Shown here: one piece after another, positions 35,840 through 44,704 of the stretch | Numbering within the stretch: the stretch's first letter is position 1 | Layout of the letters: every line of letters starts with the position of its first letter | NCBI GenBank assembly: GCA_965206645.1 | Contig: CBDBKE010000004.1 | Coordinates: 128,001-192,000 of the forward strand | Reading direction: 5' to 3' | DNA from: Terriglobia bacterium | GTDB taxonomy: Bacteria > Acidobacteriota > Terriglobia > JAJPHL01 > JAPKYU01 | DNA length: 64,000 nucleotides | Program-made: the position numbers and the translations under genes | The notes under the pieces: generated by a model | Told to the model about the DNA's origin: nothing | What the model saw: the letters and a program-made list of their open reading frames with translations, nothing else | Database searches by the model: none

Positions 35840-37042
35840 ATGTCCAACCGACCTCACGGTGGCAGGCTAATCAACCGCGTGCTGGAAGATCAGGCGCGCC
35901 AGAAGTGGCACGAGCGGGCCGAACGCCTGCCGCGCCTGCAGTTGAACTCGCGCCAGATCTCCGACGTCGAGCTGATCGCCATTGGCGCCTTCTCGCCGCT
36001 GGAGGGATTCATGGGCCAGCGCGACTACGAGAGCGTCCTGGCCCAGCAGCGGCTCACCAGCGGCCTCCCCTGGACCATCCCGGTTACCCTGGCAGTCGCT
36101 AAAGAAGAGGTCCAGCGACTCGGGGGGGCCGAGGAGGTGGCTCTGGCTGACGCGCAGGGCCACCTGCGCGCCGTGCTCCACCTCGAGGAGGTGTTCCAGT
36201 ATGACCGGCAGCGCGAAGCGCAGGCCGTGCTGCTGACCGACAGCGACCAGCACCCGGGTGTCCGCTACCTGCGCAGTGTCGGCGACTACTGCTTGGCGGG
36301 GCCCATCAGTCTGCTAGAGCGCTCCGACCGCGGACCCTTCGCTAAATACACGCTGGACCCGAAGGAAACCCGGTTCCTGTTCGATTACCGACGCTGGCGC
36401 ACGATCGTGGCCTTCCAAACGCGCAATCCCATTCACCGGGCTCACGAGTACATACTCAGATGCGCGCTGGAGACCGTCGATGGCCTGCTGCTCCACCCTC
36501 TGGTGGGCGCTACTCAGGAAGAGGACGTGCCCGCTGAGGTCCGCGTGGAGTGCTACCTGGCCTTGTTGCGTGACGCGCTGCCAGCGCGGCACTGCGTCCT
36601 GAGCCTGTATCCGGCGGCGATGCGTTACGCGGGTCCCCGCGAGGCGATCTTCCACGCCCTGGTCCGCAAGAACTATGGTTGTACCCACTTCATCGTTGGT
36701 CGCGATCATGCCGGGGTCGGCAATTTTTACGGACCCTATGACGCGCAGAGGAAATTTTTCGAATTTGAGCTGGGCGAGCTGGACATCACGCCCCTTTTCT
36801 TCGGCGCCACTTTTTACTGCAAGAAGTGCGGGCAAATCGCGTCGGAGAAGACCTGCCCGCACGGGGCGGAGGAGCGGCTGATTCTGAGCGGCACCAAAGT
36901 GCGCGAACTGCTCCGCGACGGCCAGAAGCTGCCGGTGGAGTTCACACGGCCTGAAGTGGGCGAAATCCTCCGTGAGGCCTACCGCCAGAAGGAGCTCGGC
37001 AGTCAAGTCGCTGGCCGCGAGGCAGGCAATCCCAACAGATGA
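35840..37042 (+). CDS. sat: Sulfate adenylyltransferase (ATP sulfurylase)
   Basis: Motifs PHGGRL, FSPLEGFM, FQTRNPIHRAHEY, MRYAGPREA, HFIVGRDHAG and FTRPEV. GGAGG RBS. Confidence 0.96.
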   Translation: MSNRPHGGRLINRVLEDQARQKWHERAERLPRLQLNSRQISDVELIAIGAFSPLEGFMGQRDYESVLAQQRLTSGLPWTIPVTLAVAKEEVQRLGGAEEVALADAQGHLRAVLHLEEVFQYDRQREAQAVLLTDSDQHPGVRYLRSVGDYCLAGPISLLERSDRGPFAKYTLDPKETRFLFDYRRWRTIVAFQTRNPIHRAHEYILRCALETVDGLLLHPLVGATQEEDVPAEVRVECYLALLRDALPARHCVLSLYPAAMRYAGPREAIFHALVRKNYGCTHFIVGRDHAGVGNFYGPYDAQRKFFEFELGELDITPLFFGATFYCKKCGQIASEKTCPHGAEERLILSGTKVRELLRDGQKLPVEFTRPEVGEILREAYRQKELGSQVAGREAGNPNR

Positions 37043-37662
37043 ATCCCAACATGAGAAACAAAGGGTTTACGCTGTGGTTCACCGGTCTGCCGTGCTCAGG
37101 TAAATCCACGCTGGCGCAACTGGTCGGCGAAGAACTGGCGCGCCGCGGTCGTGCCGTCGAGGTTCTGGACGCCGAAGTCGTCCGTACCCATTTGTGCAAG
37201 AACCTGGGCTTCAGCAAGGAGGATCGCGACACGAACATCCGGCGCATCGGTTTCCTCTGCCAGATCCTCAGTAGGCATGGTGTGGCGGCCATCGCTGCCG
37301 CCATCTCCCCCTACCGAGCCACCCGTGAGGAAGTTCGTGCCACCATTGAGAATTTTGTGGAGATATACGTGAATGCTCCCGTGGAAATTTGTAGCCAGCG
37401 CGATGTTAAGGGTTTGTACAAGCGAGCACTCACTGGCGAGATCAAGAACTTCACCGGAGTTGATGATCCCTACGAAGCGCCGCTCAATCCGGAATTGGTG
37501 CTCGAGACGGACAGGGAACCTCCGGCCGCCTCGGCCGCTCGCGCTCTGGCCAAGCTGGAGCAACTGCAGCTGATTGAACCGCCCGGGGCGCCTGCTGACC
37601 GGCCGGAGGAGGCGGAAAAGATCCGTGCCCGGCTGATCGCCTTTGGCTACATTTCGCAGTAA
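37039..37662 (+). CDS. cysC: Adenylyl-sulfate (APS) kinase with C-terminal RLIAFGYI extension
   Basis: Motifs WFTGLPCSGKST, LGFSKEDRDTNIRRIG, RDVKGLY and FTGVDDPYEAP. Start overlaps the sat stop codon. Confidence 0.95.
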   Translation: MNPNMRNKGFTLWFTGLPCSGKSTLAQLVGEELARRGRAVEVLDAEVVRTHLCKNLGFSKEDRDTNIRRIGFLCQILSRHGVAAIAAAISPYRATREEVRATIENFVEIYVNAPVEICSQRDVKGLYKRALTGEIKNFTGVDDPYEAPLNPELVLETDREPPAASAARALAKLEQLQLIEPPGAPADRPEEAEKIRARLIAFGYISQ

Positions 37663-37799
37663 TCGTAAGCAGTTCTTTACCCCGGAACTCCTCCCATGTC
37701 CTGGCCTTGAGCTGGCCTTATGCTGCCTGGAGAAGGTAGGTCCCGCGGGAGAAACCGTTTGTCAACCGAAGCGCAGAGCTAGAGCTGATTGATGGCGGG

Positions 37800-38261
37800 C
37801 TAGGCTGAGAGATGGGGCGGAAGCTGATTCTGGGGGGAGAGGCCACAGACACCCACCATACCGGCGGCCAGGTCTTCGACCAGTTGCTGGAACAACTCCA
37901 TTAGTGAGGCTTCGCTGGGGCCGTGCGGAAAATTGTGCGTCAGGTCCTGCCGCACTTCCGTGGCCAGGCGGACTCCAATCCCCGCACTGCTGAGCGGTTC
38001 CAGGGCGAACGGGGTGTTGAACACTGTGCCGGTGCTGCCGCTGACGAAGGTGCGGGCCGCTGCCAACCGCCCCACCTGGCGTGGGTTGGCGGCGTCAAAG
38101 AACATAGGGCGCCGCTCGACGGGGAGCAGCGAGATCAGCAAGGCCCGTTGCTGCTTCTGGATCTCGGCCTGAAAGCCGGCCTCGGCGGCGATCTTCTGCA
38201 GCTCTTCCTGATCTGGCTCAAACAGTACGTAGGTGGCCTCCTTGACGGTGAACAGTTGCAT
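37800..38261 (-). CDS. Hypothetical protein
   Basis: 153-aa ORF downstream of the response regulator; no family recognised. Confidence 0.55.
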   Translation of the reverse strand: MQLFTVKEATYVLFEPDQEELQKIAAEAGFQAEIQKQQRALLISLLPVERRPMFFDAANPRQVGRLAAARTFVSGSTGTVFNTPFALEPLSSAGIGVRLATEVRQDLTHNFPHGPSEASLMELFQQLVEDLAAGMVGVCGLSPQNQLPPHLSA

Positions 38262-38336
38262 CGGCTTTCGGCAGTGACGTGTTGCGTGCGATAGCCTGCG
38301 TCTCCGCGGTCACAGACACCCGCGCGCACTTTTGTA

Positions 38337-39722
38337 CTAAAGGTTCAAAGCGCGGGCCTTAGCCAGCAGGGTCTTGTAGGCGATCCCCAGTTTTTCGGCG
38401 GCTTTCATCTTATTCCAGCGCGCTTCCTTGAGGGCCCCCAGAATCTTCGTCTTTTCCACCAGGGTCACGGCCCGCCGGCTGACTTCCTCCAGCGGTCCTT
38501 CCCAGTTGAACGGCTCGGGGCCCAGCTCCGGCTCGGAGCGAGCAACTGCCGGGGCCTGCAGAACCAGGTCTTCGGGCTGGATGCAGGCGGCGGCCCGGTC
38601 GCAAAGAATGACGGCGCGCTCGATGCTGTTCTGCAATTCCCGGACGTTGCCCGGCCAGTAGTAGGCCAGCAGGGCCTTCTCAGCTTCCGGCGAAAGCCGC
38701 AGGTCACCCTTGCGGAATTCGCCGGCGTAGTGGTGCAGGAAAGCACGGGCCAGTAGCAAGATGTCGGCGTCGCGCTCGCGCAACGGCGGGATGGTGATGG
38801 GAACGGTCGAGATACGGAAGTACAGGTCTTCCCGGAAACTCTTTTCCGCGATCGCCTGGCGCAGGTCGCGGTTGGTGGCGACCAGAATGCGCACGTCCAC
38901 CTCGATCCTCTGCAGGCCGCCCACCCGCTCGAAGGCGCGCTCTTCCAGTACACGCAGAATCTTGGACTGCACCGCCAGCGGCAGCTCACCGATCTCGTCC
39001 AGGAAGATGGTGCCGTGGTGGGCCAACTCAAACTTGCCGATCTTGCGCGCCCCAGCTCCGGTGTAGGCACCCTTTTCGTGCCCGAACAGTTCATTCTCCA
39101 CCAGTCCCTCAGGGATGGCGGCACAGTTCAGGGCCACAAACAGCCTGTCTTTGCGGGAGCTCAGGGAGTGGATGGCACGGGCGAATAGTTCTTTGCCGGT
39201 TCCGCTTTCGCCCAACAGCAGGACAGTGGTTTCCGTTGGAGCAACGCGCTGCACGTCGCGGGCGACCGCTACCATCGAAGGATGCTCGGCGATGATACGG
39301 GGAAACCCATGCCGGACTGCCGCTTCCTCCTTCAGCAGCAGGTTCTCGCGCACCAGTTGCCTCTGGAGCAGGGCGCGCTCCAGCAGCAGCTTTAGGTGTT
39401 CCAGGTCCACCGGCTTCTGGATGAAGTCGTAGGCTCCGCCCTTCATCGCCTGCACGGCTTCCTCGATCGAGCCGTAGGCGGTCAGCAGCACGACCGGCAT
39501 GCCGGGGTCCATCTCCTGGGCCTGGCGAAGCAGTTCCAGGCCGGAGCGGCCTGGCAGCTTCAGGTCTGTGAGCAGCAGGGAGAAGGGTTGGGAATGGAGC
39601 AAGTGAGAGGCCTGAGTTCCGTCACCAGCGTCCTCGACGCGGAACCCAGCTTTTTGCAGCGCCAGCTTCAGCATCTGGCGGAGTTCGGCCTTGTCCTCAA
39701 CCAGCAGGAGGGGTTCGGCCAT
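38337..39722 (-). CDS. Sigma54-dependent response regulator (NtrC/PilR-like)
   Basis: REC domain (LLVEDK, TDLKLPG, KP), GESGTGKE, ELFGHEKGAYTGA, FLDEIGE, WPGNVREL and a Fis-type HTH. Confidence 0.93.
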   Translation of the reverse strand: MAEPLLLVEDKAELRQMLKLALQKAGFRVEDAGDGTQASHLLHSQPFSLLLTDLKLPGRSGLELLRQAQEMDPGMPVVLLTAYGSIEEAVQAMKGGAYDFIQKPVDLEHLKLLLERALLQRQLVRENLLLKEEAAVRHGFPRIIAEHPSMVAVARDVQRVAPTETTVLLLGESGTGKELFARAIHSLSSRKDRLFVALNCAAIPEGLVENELFGHEKGAYTGAGARKIGKFELAHHGTIFLDEIGELPLAVQSKILRVLEERAFERVGGLQRIEVDVRILVATNRDLRQAIAEKSFREDLYFRISTVPITIPPLRERDADILLLARAFLHHYAGEFRKGDLRLSPEAEKALLAYYWPGNVRELQNSIERAVILCDRAAACIQPEDLVLQAPAVARSEPELGPEPFNWEGPLEEVSRRAVTLVEKTKILGALKEARWNKMKAAEKLGIAYKTLLAKARALNL

Positions 39723-39727
39723 CCCGA

Positions 39728-40303
39728 TTAGCGGGCCCAACCGGGCGGTAGTCCCTTGCGGCGCAACTCCTCTTCGAGGTCGGCGATGGCTTTCCGGGCG
39801 GCCGCAATGGCAGCCTTTTGCTCTTCGAGCTCCTGTTGGCGGGCGGTGAGTTCGGCGCGGGCGGTTTGCTCGCGAAGCGCAACGTTAGGGTCGGAGTAAA
39901 ACTGCACGTTGGCCATGTTGAATTCGCGCTGCAGCACCTCCAGTCTCCGCTCCTCGAGGGTGAGGTTCTCACGCAGCTTGCCGGCCCTCTCGCGGTACTC
40001 CTTTTCTAGTTCGGCCCGGGACTTCTTGCCTTCTGCCGGTTCCGCTGTTTTGTCTTCTTTTGCTTTTTCCCCAGGCTTGGCTTTCGTCTCAGTTGTGACC
40101 GCAGCGGTGCTCAAGCGGCTTGCGCGTGGCAGGGTGTCGTTCGTGTAGACACGGGTGGCCTTGGGCTGCCTAGCCTTTTTCGCCCGTGCCCGGCGAGCCA
40201 ACTCGCCGAGCGACTGCGCCGAAGCGGTCGCCGCCAGCAACAGCGCTACCATCAGGACCAGCATTTGGAAAACTCGCCCGAGATGCTTATTCATAAAAAC
40301 CAT
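39728..40303 (-). CDS. Secreted coiled-coil protein
   Basis: Signal peptide ending ASA|QSLGELAR, RVYTNDTL motif and a long coiled coil. Confidence 0.7.
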   Translation of the reverse strand: MVFMNKHLGRVFQMLVLMVALLLAATASAQSLGELARRARAKKARQPKATRVYTNDTLPRASRLSTAAVTTETKAKPGEKAKEDKTAEPAEGKKSRAELEKEYRERAGKLRENLTLEERRLEVLQREFNMANVQFYSDPNVALREQTARAELTARQQELEEQKAAIAAARKAIADLEEELRRKGLPPGWAR

Positions 40304-40419
40304 CCTTTAGACGCCGTCATGCGTGCCGTAACCAAGATCGCAGCCCAAATTCTCGACCCGCATTCTCGACTAAGCCGAGTTTAGCGCTCGCAGTGGCGCA
40401 AATCAAGGAAACGCGCTGC

Positions 40420-41874
40420 TCAGGTGCCACCGCCTGCACCTGATGGAGCCGGAGCGACTGAGGCCACCAGCGGCAGCGTCACCGTAAAGGTGGTCCCACC
40501 GCCAGCCGCGCTTGCCACCTGGATCTTCCCGTTGTGGTTCACCACAATCTTATGGACGAGCGCCAGCCCCAAGCCGGTTCCCTCGTTCTTGGTGGTGAAG
40601 AAAGGAATAAAGACTTTATCGAGGTTCTCCGGGGGAATCCCCGGCCCATTGTCGGTGAACCGCAGCCGGAGGATCGGACTGCTCTCGGTTTGTTCCAACT
40701 GTCCATCCACAAGAATGCGTCCGGGCCGACCGCCCTGGGCAATCGCTTCGCAGCCGTTACGCAGCAGGTTGGCAAAACACTGCCGCAGCAGGGTCTGGTC
40801 GGCCGTCACGGTAGGGAACTCGCCGGCCAACTCCAGCGTCACCCCAAGGAACTCGCCTTGCCCGGCAATTTCCTGAAAGCTCCGCTCGATCAGCTCACGC
40901 GTAGAAACGTCGCAGGCGACTAGGTTCAGCGGGCGCGAGAAATTCAAAAAGTCATTGACGACCTGGGTGAGGAACTGGGTCTCGCCGACCAGGCGGGCGG
41001 CATGCTGGCGTGCGGTCTCCAGACTCTCTTCCTGACGTATCAATTGTCCGTAGCCGGAAATTGTGGCCAGCGAGTTCTTGAATTCATGAGCGATTCCGGC
41101 CGACATCTCCCCCAGCGCGGCCAGGCTTTCCTTCAGCCGTACCTGCTGTTGCAGGGCGGCCATCTCCGTGAGGTCGCTGAGCAGGCATATGACGCCGCCC
41201 TCCCGGCTTTCCTGCTGAATCGGCGCCATGCCCACCCCCAGAACCTTATTTTCGCCCGTGGGAGCGCGGTAGGGCACCGTGATGCGATGGAACCCCTGGC
41301 CTGTGTGCAAGCAGGTTTCCAGCATCTCGGCCAGCGCCGAGGTGGCGTGGGACAGCTCTCGGGTCTGTCCCAGGACCTCGCGGAAACTCCGCCCCTCCAG
41401 GAGCTGGTGTCCCAGCATCTCCTTCGCAGCCGGATTCGACCCGGTGATGAGTTCCTGCGCGCTGACCATCAGCACTCCGGTAGCCAGGTTGTGCAGGATG
41501 GCCGCGGTGAGCTGAGCGCTCTGCTGGGCTCGCTGGCGCTCGGCGTGGTGCAACCGCTCCAGTTCCTTTTCCTGCTCGCGCAGACGCTGGATGACGCCCT
41601 GGAAGGCAGCCATAGCGAAGGCGGAATCGTCCGCAGTCCTGCCGGTACCCGACTGCGGTTCGAGGCTGGGTTTGGCGTCAACTTTCTTGAAAACCCGGCG
41701 CACCAGCAGCATCGCCACCACCAGCAGAACCGCCGCCACCACCGACAACGCCAGCAAATTGATGAGTAGCGACCGGTGCTCATCGCCGCCCGCCCCGGGG
41801 CTGTCGGGGAATACTGCTTGCAGCCAAGTTAAAAAGAGAGAAACAGGTACCAATGCACAATCTCCCTGCCCCAC
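40420..41874 (-). CDS. PAS-containing sensor histidine kinase (PilS-like); start uncertain
   Basis: H-box AGIAHEFKNSL, N-box NLLRNG, DNGPG, FIPFFTTK and GTGLGL. Single N-terminal TM. Confidence 0.9.
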   Translation of the reverse strand: MGQGDCALVPVSLFLTWLQAVFPDSPGAGGDEHRSLLINLLALSVVAAVLLVVAMLLVRRVFKKVDAKPSLEPQSGTGRTADDSAFAMAAFQGVIQRLREQEKELERLHHAERQRAQQSAQLTAAILHNLATGVLMVSAQELITGSNPAAKEMLGHQLLEGRSFREVLGQTRELSHATSALAEMLETCLHTGQGFHRITVPYRAPTGENKVLGVGMAPIQQESREGGVICLLSDLTEMAALQQQVRLKESLAALGEMSAGIAHEFKNSLATISGYGQLIRQEESLETARQHAARLVGETQFLTQVVNDFLNFSRPLNLVACDVSTRELIERSFQEIAGQGEFLGVTLELAGEFPTVTADQTLLRQCFANLLRNGCEAIAQGGRPGRILVDGQLEQTESSPILRLRFTDNGPGIPPENLDKVFIPFFTTKNEGTGLGLALVHKIVVNHNGKIQVASAAGGGTTFTVTLPLVASVAPAPSGAGGGT

Positions 41875-42653
41875 ATCGCCGAGACCAGCGCCGTAAGACC
41901 CAGAAAGGTTCCGAAGGGCAATTCGTACTGGCTGTCCTTTCCCCCGAGCAATATGTAGGAGCCGCCAATCACCGTGCCGAGCAGCGAGCCCAGGAAGATG
42001 GTCAGCAGTGCCAACGCGGGCCCCAGGAAGGTGCCCACCAGCGCCATTAGCTTCACGTCGCCAAAGCCCAGGCCCTCGCGATGACGCAGCCGCTTGTAGG
42101 CTTCCGCAACAAACCAGAGTACGCCCGCACCGACAAGGCCACCCAACAGGGCATCGGCCAGCGACAGCAGCCGCAAAGAGTCCGGCCGCAGGCCTGCCAC
42201 TCGCAGCAGTGCCGCTGCGCTACCGTCGCCCACCGGGACCAGCAGGCTGAAAACCAGCCCGGCCGCCATTCCCGGAAATGTGAGGACATCGGGGAGCAAG
42301 CGATCGGCAAGATCAATGAACATCAGCGCAATGGTTAGCGAGGCGAACAGGGCGTATTTGAGGAACGGCAATCCGAAGCCGAAGACGGCGGCCAGGATTG
42401 CAAAGACAGCTCCGGTCAGCAACTCCACCATGAAGTACCGGACAGAGATCGGCACCCCGCAAGAGCTGCAACGCCCTCGCAGCGCCAGGTAGCTGGCCAG
42501 AGGAATGTTCTCGTACCAGGCGATCTGGTGGCCGCAGTGCGGGCACCGCGAGCGGGGAGCCACAACGGATTCCCCGCGCGGCACGCGGTGGATGACCACA
42601 TTCAGGAAGCTGCCGATAACCAGGCCGAAGAGGAATGCCGAAAGTGGGAACAC
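41829..42653 (-). CDS. pilD: Prepilin peptidase/N-methyltransferase
   Basis: Motifs GSFLNVVIHRVP, two CxxC, ENIPL, IDLADRLLPD, GFGDVKL and LPFGTFL. Confidence 0.93.
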   Translation of the reverse strand: MFPLSAFLFGLVIGSFLNVVIHRVPRGESVVAPRSRCPHCGHQIAWYENIPLASYLALRGRCSSCGVPISVRYFMVELLTGAVFAILAAVFGFGLPFLKYALFASLTIALMFIDLADRLLPDVLTFPGMAAGLVFSLLVPVGDGSAAALLRVAGLRPDSLRLLSLADALLGGLVGAGVLWFVAEAYKRLRHREGLGFGDVKLMALVGTFLGPALALLTIFLGSLLGTVIGGSYILLGGKDSQYELPFGTFLGLTALVSAMWGREIVHWYLFLSF

Positions 42654-42692
42654 GTCTGACGCGCGAATTGTCCTTGCTTGTAACCCCTCAGT

Positions 42693-43730
42693 TCAACTCA
42701 GACTCCGAAGGGCCTCCAGGTACACGCGCTCCGAAGCTTCGGCCATTATATCATCCGTTGCCCGAGCCTCAACGAACTGGCGTGCCCGGCGACCCATGGC
42801 TGCCGCCAGTTCCCGTTCCGCCAGTAGCTTTTCCAGACCCGCGCCCACTTCGGCGGCCTGGTTCCCCACCAGCAGCCCGGTTTCACCCTCGAGCACAATC
42901 TCCGGCAGGCCGCCGACGTTGCTGGCGACCACAGGCAGGCCGTGGGCCATGGCCAGAAGCGCCGCCGAGCCCAGCCCTTCGGAGTCTGACAGGTGCACAA
43001 ACGCGTCCAGCGCGAACAGGAACGGGGAGATATCGTCTTCAGGACGGAGGAAGTGAATGTTGCTGGCTCCGGCGAAGGCTCGGGGCCGGGTTAAGAGATC
43101 TGCCGTATCGGTGGAAGTGATCAGCAGATGCATTCGCTGGCGACCCTCTGCGGCCTCCAGTAGCGGCAGGATCGGCTTCTCGCGCAGGCTGGTCAACGTC
43201 CCGGCGACGAAGGTCTCGGCGGGGAGATTCCAGCGGCGGCGAAATGCCGCGCGCTGCTCGCCGCGCTGGGTCAGGACGGGCAGGGAAACGCCATCGTGGA
43301 CTACCGTAATGCGTTCCTGTGGGATGCCGGCCGAACGCAATTGACGCGCCACGTAGTCGGACACGGCAATGTAGTGTGCAGCGCGTGCGTATTTCCAGCG
43401 CGAAAGCCTGCCGCGTCCCACTGGAAAGCTGACCCGCCGCGAGACCACTAGCGGTGCCCGCCTGCGCCGCAGGACGGCCGCCGTGTGCGAAGCGGCATCG
43501 TGCGCGTGAATCAGGTCGGCAGGGAAGCCACTCCCGGGAGGCAGACGCCAGCCCAGGCGTGAGGGTTCAACGGCGAAGCCGGCGCGCCGCGCCCGCTCGA
43601 GCAGTGGAGATCCGGGCCGCGCCAGCAGTTGCTGGCGGTGCCCGCGCCGGCTTAGCGCCTGCATCAGGAGCAATACCTGCCACTGGCCGCCGCGCAACTG
43701 GCGCCCGCTGTCCAGGTGAAGGATGTTCAT
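42693..43730 (-). CDS. GT4 family glycosyltransferase
   Basis: Motifs RGGQWQ, DLIHAH, EGLGSAALLAMAHGLPVVASNVGGLPE and ETGLLV. Confidence 0.85.
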   Translation of the reverse strand: MNILHLDSGRQLRGGQWQVLLLMQALSRRGHRQQLLARPGSPLLERARRAGFAVEPSRLGWRLPPGSGFPADLIHAHDAASHTAAVLRRRRAPLVVSRRVSFPVGRGRLSRWKYARAAHYIAVSDYVARQLRSAGIPQERITVVHDGVSLPVLTQRGEQRAAFRRRWNLPAETFVAGTLTSLREKPILPLLEAAEGRQRMHLLITSTDTADLLTRPRAFAGASNIHFLRPEDDISPFLFALDAFVHLSDSEGLGSAALLAMAHGLPVVASNVGGLPEIVLEGETGLLVGNQAAEVGAGLEKLLAERELAAAMGRRARQFVEARATDDIMAEASERVYLEALRSLS

Positions 43731-44464
43731 CCGGGTTCTCGCGTCTTGGCCCACTTCAGGAAGACGTACCAGGCGGCCATAGCCGAGATGAGCAGTCCCG
43801 GATAGCCGTCGCGAAAGCCTTGCTGCAGCAGGTAGGTCTTCAGGAAGGTCAGGGGTGGCGCCAGCAGCAGGCGAGCCGCGGTGCCCCGGCGTCCCTGGGT
43901 ACGCAGCTCCTGCGCGGCCAGCGTAGTGTAGCGATTTAGGGTGAGCAGGTGCTGGCTCAGCGAATCACAGGTGTAGTGCAGCAGGTCGGCCTCGAGCATC
44001 TCCACTGGTCCTTCGACCTCGACGTTTTCGTGGACGTACTGACCCGCCCAGCGTCCCCGGCGGCGATCGTAGAGCCGCAGCTTATAGTCGGGATACCAGC
44101 CGGAGTGCAGGATCCATCGACCCAGATATTGGGCGCGGCGGGGCATGCGGTAGCCGGCCGCACGCGGCTCCTCCTGCTTCAGGCGCACGATTTCCGCCGA
44201 CAGGCTCTCGCTGAGCGCCTCGTCGGCGTCCAGGGACAGAATCCAATCGTGGCTGGCCTGCTCGGCGGCGAAGTTCTTCTGGGCTGCGTAGCCGGGCCAG
44301 GCATTCTCGATGACGCGCGCGCCGTAGCGGAGAGCAACCTCGCGGGTGAGGTCGGTGGATCCAGAGTCCACCACCACCACCTCGTCGGCGCAGTCCAGCG
44401 TCTCCAGCGCTCGCGGCAAATTGCGCTCCTCATTCAAGGCGATGATGGTGGCCGAAATCTTCAC
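43727..44464 (-). CDS. GT2 glycosyltransferase (KdtX/WaaE-like LPS beta-glucosyltransferase family)
   Basis: Motifs IIALNEE, VDSGSTD, QKNFA, LSLDADE, GWYPD and VHE. GTG start at 44464. Confidence 0.88.
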   Translation of the reverse strand: MKISATIIALNEERNLPRALETLDCADEVVVVDSGSTDLTREVALRYGARVIENAWPGYAAQKNFAAEQASHDWILSLDADEALSESLSAEIVRLKQEEPRAAGYRMPRRAQYLGRWILHSGWYPDYKLRLYDRRRGRWAGQYVHENVEVEGPVEMLEADLLHYTCDSLSQHLLTLNRYTTLAAQELRTQGRRGTAARLLLAPPLTFLKTYLLQQGFRDGYPGLLISAMAAWYVFLKWAKTREPG

Positions 44465-44704
44465 GGTACCTGAGCGCCTATTAGGACACGTGTTTCCGCA
44501 ACTGAATCCTTCGCGCCCGCCACGCCCGCATGTTACCGAATCTACCGCTCGCAAGGCACCATATTGTTGCTTTTTGGCGCAGCCTGCTTGTTCGCCGTGG
44601 TGGCGCTTCCGGCGATGCAAAACGGCGTTTGCTTGGCGGACTGTGCTATCTTTAGTGGAAATGTGACGTCATCACCTGAAGCGTCCTCGATAGGAAAGAT
44701 TCAA

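Noticed and set aside
28751-37800. Sulfation cassette as a tRNA-Pro-integrated genomic island
   Set aside because: The cassette ends 22 bp from the tRNA 3' end, but I found no integrase and no duplicated tRNA 3' end (attR) near 37.7 kb or elsewhere by eye.
40349-40370. Direct repeat ATTCTCGAC x2 between the kinase and secreted-protein genes
   Set aside because: Only two 9-bp copies, with no supporting context or second occurrence noticed.
41757-41874. Frameshift at the kinase 5' end (out-of-frame ATG at 41783)
   Set aside because: In-frame alternative starts (GTG 41874, TTG 41757) explain the gene without invoking an error; unresolved without orthologues.
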